IMG/VR virus record: IMGVR_UViG_3300020045_001588
Span: 1 to 60,036 of that record
DNA: 60,036 bases
Strand: one strand, 5' to 3'
Source: a virus
Taxonomy: Duplodnaviria > Caudoviricetes
The position numbers and the translations under genes were made by a program. Every line of letters starts with the position of its first letter. Positions within the stretch are counted from its first letter, which is position 1. Below, piece after piece: positions 52,405 to 59,852 of the stretch. The notes below the pieces were generated by a model. The model saw nothing but the letters and a program-made list of their open reading frames with translations. It did no database searches and was not told the DNA's origin.

Positions 52405-52767
52405 TTACTCAGGATTCAAAGAGTGCAAGTCTACTGTAAATCTTTCTGGCTCACTCTCTACCCATCCCTCTTTAGAGTTTAAAGGTGTTATATGTGCACC
52501 TAAACCTACATCTTTTAATTCTATTGTCAATGTACCACCAGATAAACCATATTTAGGGTTATACCTATTAGACCTAAGTGCTTTATCTATTATAACAGCA
52601 GTAGCAGACATTAGATTTTCTAGTATAAGTTCAGTATCACCTACTGTTATACCCTTAGCTAAAGAGCTTAGTTTAATTTTCTTTACCTTACTCTTTTTCT
52701 CTAAGTCCTTTAAATACTCATACTCCCTCAGGCTGATTAGCACTTCTGGTTCTTTAAATCTATCCAT
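52405..52767 (-). CDS. Hypothetical protein
   Basis: ATG 52767 follows the upstream TGA by 1 nt; V.ISL.EY..L motif. Confidence 0.6.
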   Translation of the reverse strand: MDRFKEPEVLISLREYEYLKDLEKKSKVKKIKLSSLAKGITVGDTELILENLMSATAVIIDKALRSNRYNPKYGLSGGTLTIELKDVGLGAHITPLNSKEGWVESEPERFTVDLHSLNPE

Positions 52768-52768
52768 A

Positions 52769-53350
52769 TCAATCTGGGTCCTCCTCTTCCCCCTTAACGG
52801 CATCTCCCCTCAATCCAGAGTCTCCGCTAAGTTCTTGTTTAACTAGTGCCTCAAGCTCCTTCATCGCTTTTAATGTTTTGGGCATGTCCTGAATAACTAC
52901 TTGAATATCTTTAGGGCTATGTACTTTGGCCCCAGAATCAGTTCGGTCTGTCAGGTCTATTCTTTCTACGTAATCTACAGTGCTATCAATACTCGCTTTG
53001 AAGCTTCTAAGTGTACGTAATGATACTGACCGTTTATCTTGCCATTCCGTAAACGCTTCAATAGCTGACCACAAACCTTTATCAGATGCAACCTGACCTG
53101 GTGTAAGTCCTGACATGCTTAATGCTGCATCATCTTTCTCAAGTTTACTGTAGTTTTCTATGGGGCTATCGTAAGCATACCGAAGATAGATATAGGTAAA
53201 ATCTTGAAATGCTTTCTTTTTGTACTGGTCTTTATCTCTAGTAATCAAAAAGTTGAGAGCAGGGATTACTTTAACCCATACTTTATTAATTTCTACTCTT
53301 CCATCCTTATCCAATGCGAAAAGTCTACCATCAATTTCACTCTGTTCCAT
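52769..53350 (-). CDS. Conserved pre-terminase protein (possible small terminase subunit)
   Basis: RDKD..KKKAF..FTYIY...Y.SP N-terminal motif and coiled-coil C-terminus ending RG..KG; seen at this position in crAss-like phages. The small-terminase function is an inference. Confidence 0.6.
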   Translation of the reverse strand: MEQSEIDGRLFALDKDGRVEINKVWVKVIPALNFLITRDKDQYKKKAFQDFTYIYLRYAYDSPIENYSKLEKDDAALSMSGLTPGQVASDKGLWSAIEAFTEWQDKRSVSLRTLRSFKASIDSTVDYVERIDLTDRTDSGAKVHSPKDIQVVIQDMPKTLKAMKELEALVKQELSGDSGLRGDAVKGEEEDPD

Positions 53351-53612
53351 GTGTCTTAGTATGTTTTTTAATTTGCTTCTTTCCTATCCGATTCTTCAAG
53401 TCATAAACACTCTCTGGCTTTACTTGAATCTTACCGAATACAGGCCACATCACTGATTCATAAGCACCTTGTCTAATTATCTTGGATGTGAAATTAGACT
53501 GTACCATCGCTACTTCCTCCACCAACTTCTTGGTTATCCCCAGCTCCAGTGATACCTCCTCCCATATCAATTTGTTCATCGGGGCTTTGTACGGTGTTTT
53601 CCTCTTCGCCAT
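53337..53612 (-). CDS. HU/IHF-like DNA-binding protein
   Basis: EEVSLELGITKKLVEEV...ESV.WP.FGKIQVK matches the HU/IHF pattern. Confidence 0.75.
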   Translation of the reverse strand: MAKRKTPYKAPMNKLIWEEVSLELGITKKLVEEVAMVQSNFTSKIIRQGAYESVMWPVFGKIQVKPESVYDLKNRIGKKQIKKHTKTHGTE

Positions 53613-54003
53613 TTTCCTTGCTCTTTAAATAGTTTTCGTAGTTTAAGTTAAGTATAAAGAAGAATGCACCATCAAGTAAGAACGATAGTAGCTTAGTGTA
53701 AATCTCTGGTATATAGTTGTTTATGTCTTCATAATCCCTTTTACTCTTGAACAATAGTGTATGAGTGAAAACTTCTGAATCTACCCCAAACTGATTTAAT
53801 ACTACTGTCAGTGTGTAAAAGCCATAGTTTCTCGTCTCTTTTTTAATTGCTGCATCTAATTCCATGCGGCTAGTTACTATTGAGAATTGTGGTATATGCT
53901 CTGGTGCAACTCCCTCTGCCACTTGGCTTTTAGCATTAAAGTCCCTAAAGCATTTAGAGACTATGTTTGAGATTTTGTTGTCTAGTTGTTTGGTAGTTGC
54001 CAT
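53494..54003 (-). CDS. Hypothetical protein
   Basis: 169-aa ORF coupled to the upstream gene by a TAATG overlap; its last ~40 codons overlap the HU/IHF gene. Confidence 0.65.
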   Translation of the reverse strand: MATTKQLDNKISNIVSKCFRDFNAKSQVAEGVAPEHIPQFSIVTSRMELDAAIKKETRNYGFYTLTVVLNQFGVDSEVFTHTLLFKSKRDYEDINNYIPEIYTKLLSFLLDGAFFFILNLNYENYLKSKENGEEENTVQSPDEQIDMGGGITGAGDNQEVGGGSSDGTV

Positions 54004-54290
54004 TAGTATGTTATTTGAGTTAATAATTTATTCTTGTTAAGGTATTGATACAGCTCTCCAAAACCAGTACAGACATGATTCAGTGGTATAATCTTTATGT
54101 AATGTCTGAACTCATCGTGATCCTGGCTGTATAGTATGGATGCAAACCTGCCACCAGGTAGCCATATCCAGCCGTGGCAGTATAGCAACTCAGGTCTTTC
54201 TTTTTCCATCAGAGCTATGAAATCTTCTTTAGTTCTGGGCACAATTAGTACACTGGTTACAGTTTCTTCTTTACCTATGGTTCTGTACAT
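54003..54290 (-). CDS. Hypothetical protein
   Basis: 95-aa ORF tightly packed in the operon. Confidence 0.6.
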   Translation of the reverse strand: MYRTIGKEETVTSVLIVPRTKEDFIALMEKERPELLYCHGWIWLPGGRFASILYSQDHDEFRHYIKIIPLNHVCTGFGELYQYLNKNKLLTQITY

Positions 54291-55113
54291 TTTTATCTCG
54301 TTTACTTACAAAGTCCTGAATCATTCTTTCGACTGCTATCTTTTCATACTTCAAAGGGTACACAGTCATTGGTGGTACTGTAGATAGCTCTATACCCTGT
54401 AACAATAATGCTTCATCCTCTGGACTAATCATGTAGTGTAAGGCTCTTAGGTTTCTGCACTTTAGCCCAAACTGTTCAAGCATCCAAGCATACAAGGAAA
54501 GCTGCAATGTATAGATTTTGTGATGACAATCTTCGAATGCTGTGAGCGGAGGCAATAGAGTTTTGTATGTACGTTTGCCTTTATAGAATTTACTGAAACC
54601 ACGTATGGTGAAATCTCCATTTGTTTTGTGGTCATCTATGTCGAAGGTTTTGTCACCGTAAATAATTACCTCATCAGCCTGTCCTGCAATTTTGTATTGA
54701 CGATTGAATATAGTAAGCTCTGAATATACCCCTGGTTTTAATTGACTGTAATCCATGCCAGGATTATTAGCTACTTGTGAAGCTACATCACAGATATTAT
54801 GTAGAGTCATATTTCTAGGCTTCACCGTTAATCTGTGGTTACTATCTTCTCTTTGTTTGTGGAACTCTGTACCTCTGTTAGCTTTAGTGTCCCTATTTTT
54901 CTCCCATTTGTTTAACCAATATTCCTCAGTGTGTCCATGTTCCAAAACGTAGTTAGCTATAAGTGTTCTGCCTTCTCTGGTGATTTTGTATGGGTCAAAC
55001 TCTTCTTTATAGTTTTTGATGATAGTAGTGACGCTATCATACTTTATGTTTTGGGAATCAGTGTAGATATGGCTAACTGGTTCTAAGGTTACATCTAATG
55101 CTCTCTGTATCAT
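54271..55113 (-). CDS. PD-(D/E)xK family nuclease
   Basis: H.Y......YDSVTT; RGTEFH; SEL...IAGQADEV...DIDDHKTN; YTLQLSLYAW. Confidence 0.85.
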   Translation of the reverse strand: MIQRALDVTLEPVSHIYTDSQNIKYDSVTTIIKNYKEEFDPYKITREGRTLIANYVLEHGHTEEYWLNKWEKNRDTKANRGTEFHKQREDSNHRLTVKPRNMTLHNICDVASQVANNPGMDYSQLKPGVYSELTIFNRQYKIAGQADEVIIYGDKTFDIDDHKTNGDFTIRGFSKFYKGKRTYKTLLPPLTAFEDCHHKIYTLQLSLYAWMLEQFGLKCRNLRALHYMISPEDEALLLQGIELSTVPPMTVYPLKYEKIAVERMIQDFVSKRDKNVQNHR

Positions 55114-55628
55114 AATCCGAATCTGTCTTTATTTATTCCTAGTCTTGGTTTTGAAAATATCTGTAGGGCTTTTATCAGTCTTTTATTACCCTCGATTTTT
55201 AATAAGTGCTCTATGTAATCAGCCTTGTCTGCCCACTCCATATAAGCATCTCTATGTCGAATTTGGTATTTTCTTTCCTGCACAGACTCTTTCAGCTCTG
55301 CTCTCCTCTTCCTTCTCCATGCAGCCTCCGACTCATTGGCAGCCTTTACGATTTCGTCTCTGCTGAAACTAAAGACGATTGGAAGTCTTGGGATAATCGT
55401 GTGTTTACCTAATCTTATTTTGGGTCTTATTTGCATTTCTTTTTCTCGTTTTGGATTTATTGAGGGTTCTTTCCAGGTTCTTGCCAATGCGTGCATAGCT
55501 ACTTCAAACTCAATGCGTCCGCCTTTACCTGTGTACATCCTTGCTCCGTTTCCTCCAGTTATGTCATAAGTCCCATCGGGTATTTCTCTATTCAGTCTTT
55601 CCCTAAGGTCTATTTCCCACTGTTCCAT
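55110..55628 (-). CDS. Hypothetical protein containing an MCP-like peptide
   Basis: 172-aa ORF coupled on both sides; YTGKGGRIEFEVAM resembles MCP FTGKGGMREFDRAM. Confidence 0.65.
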   Translation of the reverse strand: MEQWEIDLRERLNREIPDGTYDITGGNGARMYTGKGGRIEFEVAMHALARTWKEPSINPKREKEMQIRPKIRLGKHTIIPRLPIVFSFSRDEIVKAANESEAAWRRKRRAELKESVQERKYQIRHRDAYMEWADKADYIEHLLKIEGNKRLIKALQIFSKPRLGINKDRFGL

Positions 55629-56014
55629 TACTTTATTGATTTTAAAAATGTGGTTAATGGGCTCTCTGTTTTATCCATTGATTTCACTTTTTGATTTCTC
55701 CCTTCTTCTGGTAGAGGGGGAACGAATATACCAATACCACTTTCTTTTGTTGGAGGCGGAGCAGGTTCTTCATATACCTCATCTAAGTCTGGAAGGAATG
55801 GTATGGTTATAACTTCCTCTATAATCTCCTTACTCAAATGCTCTTTACCATAATCCTCAGTGACCTCAGTGATATTTCCAATACCTGGTATCCTGTTAGG
55901 ACTTGCCATGCGTTTATTAAGCGTTCCACACTCTACACACTCATAAGCAAAGTCTTCTACTATTTTGTGGTCTGTCAGTTTCCTGCACTTTATACACATG
56001 TGGTCAAAACTCAT
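55628..56014 (-). CDS. Zinc-ribbon protein
   Basis: CIKC-x13-CVEC at the N-terminus; Pro/Glu-rich tail. Confidence 0.65.
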   Translation of the reverse strand: MSFDHMCIKCRKLTDHKIVEDFAYECVECGTLNKRMASPNRIPGIGNITEVTEDYGKEHLSKEIIEEVITIPFLPDLDEVYEEPAPPPTKESGIGIFVPPLPEEGRNQKVKSMDKTESPLTTFLKSIK

Positions 56015-56388
56015 TTCGGTATGATTATAAATTTTATAACTGCTATTTCTCCTTTCCCAATTTCTGGACTGAGCCCCAAATGCTTAGTAAGCTTATACTC
56101 GCTTTTCTTTATTCTGCGGAGGTCACCAGTCTTTTTATTGAGTATGACGATAGAGTTTTGAATAGTCTTGAGTGATAGATTTAATCTATTAGCCAATTGG
56201 TTCTTATAGACTGTATCTATAACTATGGTTCTATAAAGTGCTCCTTCTGGTTTACTGGAATCTCTCCAAATACAGGCTAAAATGCTAATCAGGCTGTCAC
56301 TGTAGTTCTTATCTCTGCCTATCAAGTGCTCTAACATCTCCTCATGTATGTCCTCTTGCTGTATGTATCTACTGATATTCTTTTCCAT
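56011..56388 (-). CDS. Winged-HTH DNA-binding protein (RepL-like)
   Basis: KNQLANRLNLSLKTIQNSIVILNKK helix-turn-helix followed by LRRIKKSEYKL wing; RepL-like genes occur near terminase in crAss-like phages. Confidence 0.6.
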   Translation of the reverse strand: MEKNISRYIQQEDIHEEMLEHLIGRDKNYSDSLISILACIWRDSSKPEGALYRTIVIDTVYKNQLANRLNLSLKTIQNSIVILNKKTGDLRRIKKSEYKLTKHLGLSPEIGKGEIAVIKFIIIPK

Positions 56389-56400
56389 ATTAATTTATCC

Positions 56401-56408
56401 CAAACTTA
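56401..56408 (-). promoter_or_regulatory. Bacteroidota -7 promoter box TAAGTTTG within an ATCCC/GGGAT inverted repeat
   Basis: 13 nt upstream of ATG 56388; minus strand AATCCCG-TAAGTTTG-GGATAAAT. Confidence 0.55.
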
Positions 56409-56463
56409 CGGGATTTATTTATTGATTCCTAGAGTTTACACCGAATATTTTTGAACGGTTAGA

Positions 56464-56667
56464 ACCCTCGCACGTGTGAGGTATCGACAATATCTATAAC
56501 GTACCCCAAACTATAGAGAAATAATATGGGAGGTATGTATAGGATATGCGGATTCCTCGTGTATATTTCTAAATTAGACGGAGTCTCCACCCGTACCTCT
56601 TATATACATATACACGTATCTAAACGTAGCATCTGTATAACGGGTATCTATACGCACGTGCGAGGGT
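56464..56667. repeat. Non-coding element bounded by a 13-bp perfect inverted repeat, with nested repeats
   Basis: ACCCTCGCACGTG (56464-56476) / CACGTGCGAGGGT (56655-56667); inner CGTGTATAT (56558-56566) / ATATACACG (56608-56616). Confidence 0.8.
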
Positions 56668-56727
56668 CTGATTTTCAGGTTGTTACGAGGGCTAACGTAT
56701 AGTCACAGTTTGGGCTACCCATATACG

Positions 56728-57078
56728 TTACTTATGTGCTTCTGCCTTACCTTCCACATTCTGAGCTGTTCTTTTTCTAGTACGCTCTAGCAACCAGAAC
56801 AGTGCCTCTTGTAGATGCGTGATTGCACAGGCATTCTCTTTACATGGGAATTTGTCTTGTAGATAGCTGAGTCGATTGATAAGTACATCAAGTACTTCCT
56901 CATTTGTAGTACCGTCATTTACTGTGACTAGCCCTGTACCTAAAGCCAGTACTATTCCTCCAGGAGTGATTGGTTGTGGCTGCTGTACTTTCTCAATGAA
57001 CTGGATCGTTTGTCCTGGCTTATCTTTAGCCTCAAAATTCTCTAATTCGTACTTGTGACCTAGTGTTAATACTTTCAT
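56728..57078 (-). CDS. tad1: Tad1-like anti-defence nucleotide-signal sponge
   Basis: GHKY...TIQF...GTTNEEVLDVLINRL..LQ..FPCKENACAITHLQEALFWLLERTRKR..QNVEG matches the Tad1 pattern as I recall it; 116 aa. Confidence 0.75.
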   Translation of the reverse strand: MKVLTLGHKYELENFEAKDKPGQTIQFIEKVQQPQPITPGGIVLALGTGLVTVNDGTTNEEVLDVLINRLSYLQDKFPCKENACAITHLQEALFWLLERTRKRTAQNVEGKAEAHK

Positions 57079-57099
57079 GATTATGGTTGTTTAAATTGA

Positions 57100-57453
57100 T
57101 TACTTTTTAAGGATGTCTAAAATTGTATTTCTTAGGAAAGGTCTTATCTCTTCTATGTTACCAGTTTCAATGCTATGCACAATTGAATCTAATTCCATAA
57201 TGTCTTCTTGATTTTTAGGTTCTGTACTATATTCCACAAACCAAAAATCTAAGTGAGTAGGCTCTCTGCCTGCATCTTTTATAGATAGTTCCATTTTAGC
57301 TAACATACAGAAAGTATTACCTACCTTTCTGATAATAATAGTATTCTCTTTGTCCTCGATTGTTCTTACATAAGTAAATTTCTTAGTAAACTCTTCTTCA
57401 ATTATGTTTTTAAAATTAGTTGATACTTGATTAAACTTTTCTAATATTTCCAT
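57100..57453 (-). CDS. Hypothetical protein
   Basis: 117-aa AT-rich ORF in the small-gene cluster. Confidence 0.6.
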   Translation of the reverse strand: MEILEKFNQVSTNFKNIIEEEFTKKFTYVRTIEDKENTIIIRKVGNTFCMLAKMELSIKDAGREPTHLDFWFVEYSTEPKNQEDIMELDSIVHSIETGNIEEIRPFLRNTILDILKK

Positions 57454-57752
57454 GATTGTGTTTGTTTATGTTTAATTGATACTTTATCTCTGAGTAATAA
57501 GTCTATGGTAAGCATTAGCAGTTGCTTCACAAACTCTTGCCCTATGGTAGATTGCTTTTCTATCTCTACTCTCAACTTATTACCAGTCATCTTACCTGTG
57601 AATTGAGATGTGAATACTTCCTCTTCTCCCATCTCTTCTAAGTGTTTGAGGAGCGTTGTGCGTAGTAAAGCATACTCTTTCATGTTTGGGTCTGGTACAT
57701 ATACCTTAACATATTCTATGTTCTCTGGTATCTTTATGTTTCCTTTTGGCAT
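57441..57752 (-). CDS. Hypothetical protein
   Basis: 103-aa ORF, tightly packed. Confidence 0.6.
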   Translation of the reverse strand: MPKGNIKIPENIEYVKVYVPDPNMKEYALLRTTLLKHLEEMGEEEVFTSQFTGKMTGNKLRVEIEKQSTIGQEFVKQLLMLTIDLLLRDKVSIKHKQTQSWKY

Positions 57753-57753
57753 A

Positions 57754-58038
57754 CTACAGATTGTATAGTTTAAGTGCTATGTCTAACAGATTAGATACTT
57801 CTTCAAAGGATGTACCTTCTACTCGTTGATAGCCAATTGGTACAAATATATCATCGCATTTATATTTTGGATGTTGTACACCAGAGCTTACACAAACTCT
57901 AGGTCTGAGTACACCTACCCAATTATCCTCATATCTCCCAAACAATACAAAGAATTTACCTTTCGCCCTTTCTTCAAGTTTCCTTATTTGTTTTAGATGT
58001 GCTTCTGTTGGTTCTGCACTATTGTTCTCTATCTCCAT
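57754..58038 (-). CDS. Hypothetical protein
   Basis: 94-aa ORF, tightly packed. Confidence 0.6.
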   Translation of the reverse strand: MEIENNSAEPTEAHLKQIRKLEERAKGKFFVLFGRYEDNWVGVLRPRVCVSSGVQHPKYKCDDIFVPIGYQRVEGTSFEEVSNLLDIALKLYNL

Positions 58039-58546
58039 CGTCTTTTAGTTTATAGTTTTCTGGATTATTAAATATGTCTTTTACTCCCTCTATTTCGTCC
58101 ATGTCTCCACCTGTACCCCAAACTTGTATTGAGCCACCAGGATTCTCTATCTTTGTTTGGGCTGCATACCAAGCTTTGGTATCATCGCTGGCGAGCTCTT
58201 CAAAGTCAAGCAATATTAGCCTGTTAGATTCTAATGGCATTCCCTCTCTGTGTGGTTCATCCCACTCCACCTCATACTGCATTTCTATAGTATCTTCTGG
58301 ATACACATAAATCACATAGTCTCCGCTGACTAGGTCTGGTTTAGCACCTAATACCCATGCACCACTTACTAAGGTTTCCCAAAACTCTATTAATGGTATG
58401 CTGTCTAATAACGTGTATCTGAAAGTTCTGCCTGTAGGCTTTGATGGTATGAATAGTTTTGGACCGCCTTCCCATATAGCCATATCCTCTTGAAAGTCCC
58501 AATCGTTATCATAGTACTCTCGTAATGGTCTGCCTGGCTTATTCAT
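58019..58546 (-). CDS. Hypothetical protein with a C-terminal terminase-ATPase-like segment
   Basis: FEE...GSIQVWGTGGDMDEIEGVKDIFNNPENY aligns to TerL YEE...GQISVFGTGGEEGPDIEGLEEIFSEPEAY. Confidence 0.7.
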   Translation of the reverse strand: MNKPGRPLREYYDNDWDFQEDMAIWEGGPKLFIPSKPTGRTFRYTLLDSIPLIEFWETLVSGAWVLGAKPDLVSGDYVIYVYPEDTIEMQYEVEWDEPHREGMPLESNRLILLDFEELASDDTKAWYAAQTKIENPGGSIQVWGTGGDMDEIEGVKDIFNNPENYKLKDDGDREQ

Positions 58547-59097
58547 CTTTTGTTTGTGAGTTTACGCATTAGCCCTTCTATCGCTTCTATTAGTATATCA
58601 TACCCATCTAGTTGATACCTCATGTATGTATAACCACCTGCATAAAATAGCCCAAAACTTTCTAAAAGCTCTCTTAGTGTTTCAGGTATAGACTCGCCAA
58701 AAAGATTATTACGTTCTATACCAAGGCAGAATTTAATAGTGGGTTTGCATAAGTTATATTCTGTAGTCGTGCCTCCTGAGAGAATAAAACCTATACCATC
58801 TATTCTAAACTCTTGAGGAAACTTCATACCTAGTCTATCACACATAGCATATATTTCTTTAAGAAACTCTTTCTTCATATTATCCATGTCTAGCTGCTCT
58901 GGCCATCCGTCTTTTTCTGTTCGGTCTGCAATCATGCGGAGGATACTGATTTTGAGTGTTTTGTTTTCTTTGATGCTGTGGAATAATTCCCAGGCTTCCG
59001 CTTCCGACATCTGGTTTGCTACTAATTTCTCCAATGGGATATTCTCAGGGAATAGACTTGCTTCCTGATGTCCTATGTCTTTTTGATTTGTTTCCAT
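58543..59097 (-). CDS. Hypothetical protein
   Basis: Likely start ATG 59097, 1 nt after the upstream TAA; ATGA overlap with the downstream gene. Confidence 0.6.
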   Translation of the reverse strand: METNQKDIGHQEASLFPENIPLEKLVANQMSEAEAWELFHSIKENKTLKISILRMIADRTEKDGWPEQLDMDNMKKEFLKEIYAMCDRLGMKFPQEFRIDGIGFILSGGTTTEYNLCKPTIKFCLGIERNNLFGESIPETLRELLESFGLFYAGGYTYMRYQLDGYDILIEAIEGLMRKLTNKR

Positions 59098-59098
59098 G

Positions 59099-59287
59099 TT
59101 ACTTGTATGTTCTTTCATAGCCATTTCGTTTAAGCATCTTGTCTACAGTATTTCTATACTCTGACCATTCATCGTCATTGTCCCCTCCACCTATCATTGC
59201 TGATATATCTGTGACTAGGGAAACGATAGCAGTCAACTCTTTCTCAGTCATGTTGAGGGTTATTGTAGTTTTAGGTTTGCGTGCCAT
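59099..59287 (-). CDS. Small hypothetical protein
   Basis: 62 aa, preceded by a TATATTTA box and an ACCCAACAG leader. Confidence 0.6.
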   Translation of the reverse strand: MARKPKTTITLNMTEKELTAIVSLVTDISAMIGGGDNDDEWSEYRNTVDKMLKRNGYERTYK

Positions 59288-59334
59288 ATCTGTTGGGTTA
59301 ATTATCCCGTAAATATAGGACTTTTATTGGGATA

Positions 59335-59514
59335 TTATTCTGAATGACAGAAACTTTTACACAATAGTGTACTGATGAGTATGTCTGTGTCTCCATTGGG
59401 TCTCTCTGAGTATAGGAGTCCTAGGGTTATGTCGGATAGCTTGTAGTCTCGTTTGAGTTTGTGCTTGTTGATAGTTCTGAGACTATTGGCTATGAGTGTG
59501 AGATGTGGGTTCAT
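59335..59514 (-). CDS. Small hypothetical protein (59 aa)
   Basis: ATG 59514 follows a C/A-rich leader; the longer called start at 59616 runs through non-coding-looking sequence. Confidence 0.4.
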   Translation of the reverse strand: MNPHLTLIANSLRTINKHKLKRDYKLSDITLGLLYSERPNGDTDILISTLLCKSFCHSE

Positions 59515-59730
59515 GGCTGTGGGTTGGTTGTGGAGGTAAAGGTAATGAGTCCTACTTTCAAAATTTTTTATATGGCTAAAATTTTTGTGTGCGGAAAATT
59601 TCTGCGACCACCTCATCCATCAATAGCCCCTTCCGTATTTTGGCAAGCAAGCCCCGTGTCCGATTCTGCCGTTCTCTCCTCGCAAAGTTGCAAGGTACAG
59701 AATGCAGTGTCCAAACGTGGCAAGTTGTCA

Positions 59731-59819
59731 ATTGGTTGAGGACTTCCAAAACTGTGATTAGGATGCGACGGGTTGACACACCAACGCACTCTTACAGGTT
59801 TGGGAATGCCTCAATCAGT
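59731..59819 (+). ncRNA. Candidate rod-like structured RNA or leader hairpin
   Basis: ATTGGTTGAGG pairs with CCTCAATCAGT; TTCCAAAACTGTGA with TTACAGGTTTGGGAA; TGCG with CGCA; GTTG with CAAC. Several G-U pairs favour the + strand. Confidence 0.4.
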
Positions 59820-59852
59820 GCTAAACATCCAACATTTTAACAACTTAACAAC

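Noticed and set aside
54271-55113. Cas4 or CRISPR-associated role for the nuclease
   Set aside because: No four-cysteine Fe-S pattern and no array or cas genes; it fits the usual PD-(D/E)xK gene near terminase.
54003-58038. Further terminase- or portal-like snippets in other small ORFs (GWIWLPGGRF, HPKYKCDD, FTGKMTG)
   Set aside because: Too short and weak to separate from chance by eye.
2598-59068. Dozens of 60-160-aa + strand ORFs in the track
   Set aside because: All are antisense to long minus-strand genes and have the S/L/F-rich composition of shadow frames.
59576-59840. Overlapping 67-93-aa ORFs on both strands, and possible tRNAs, in the divergent region
   Set aside because: The ORFs are mutually overlapping with atypical composition and no leaders; no cloverleaf or T-loop consensus was seen.
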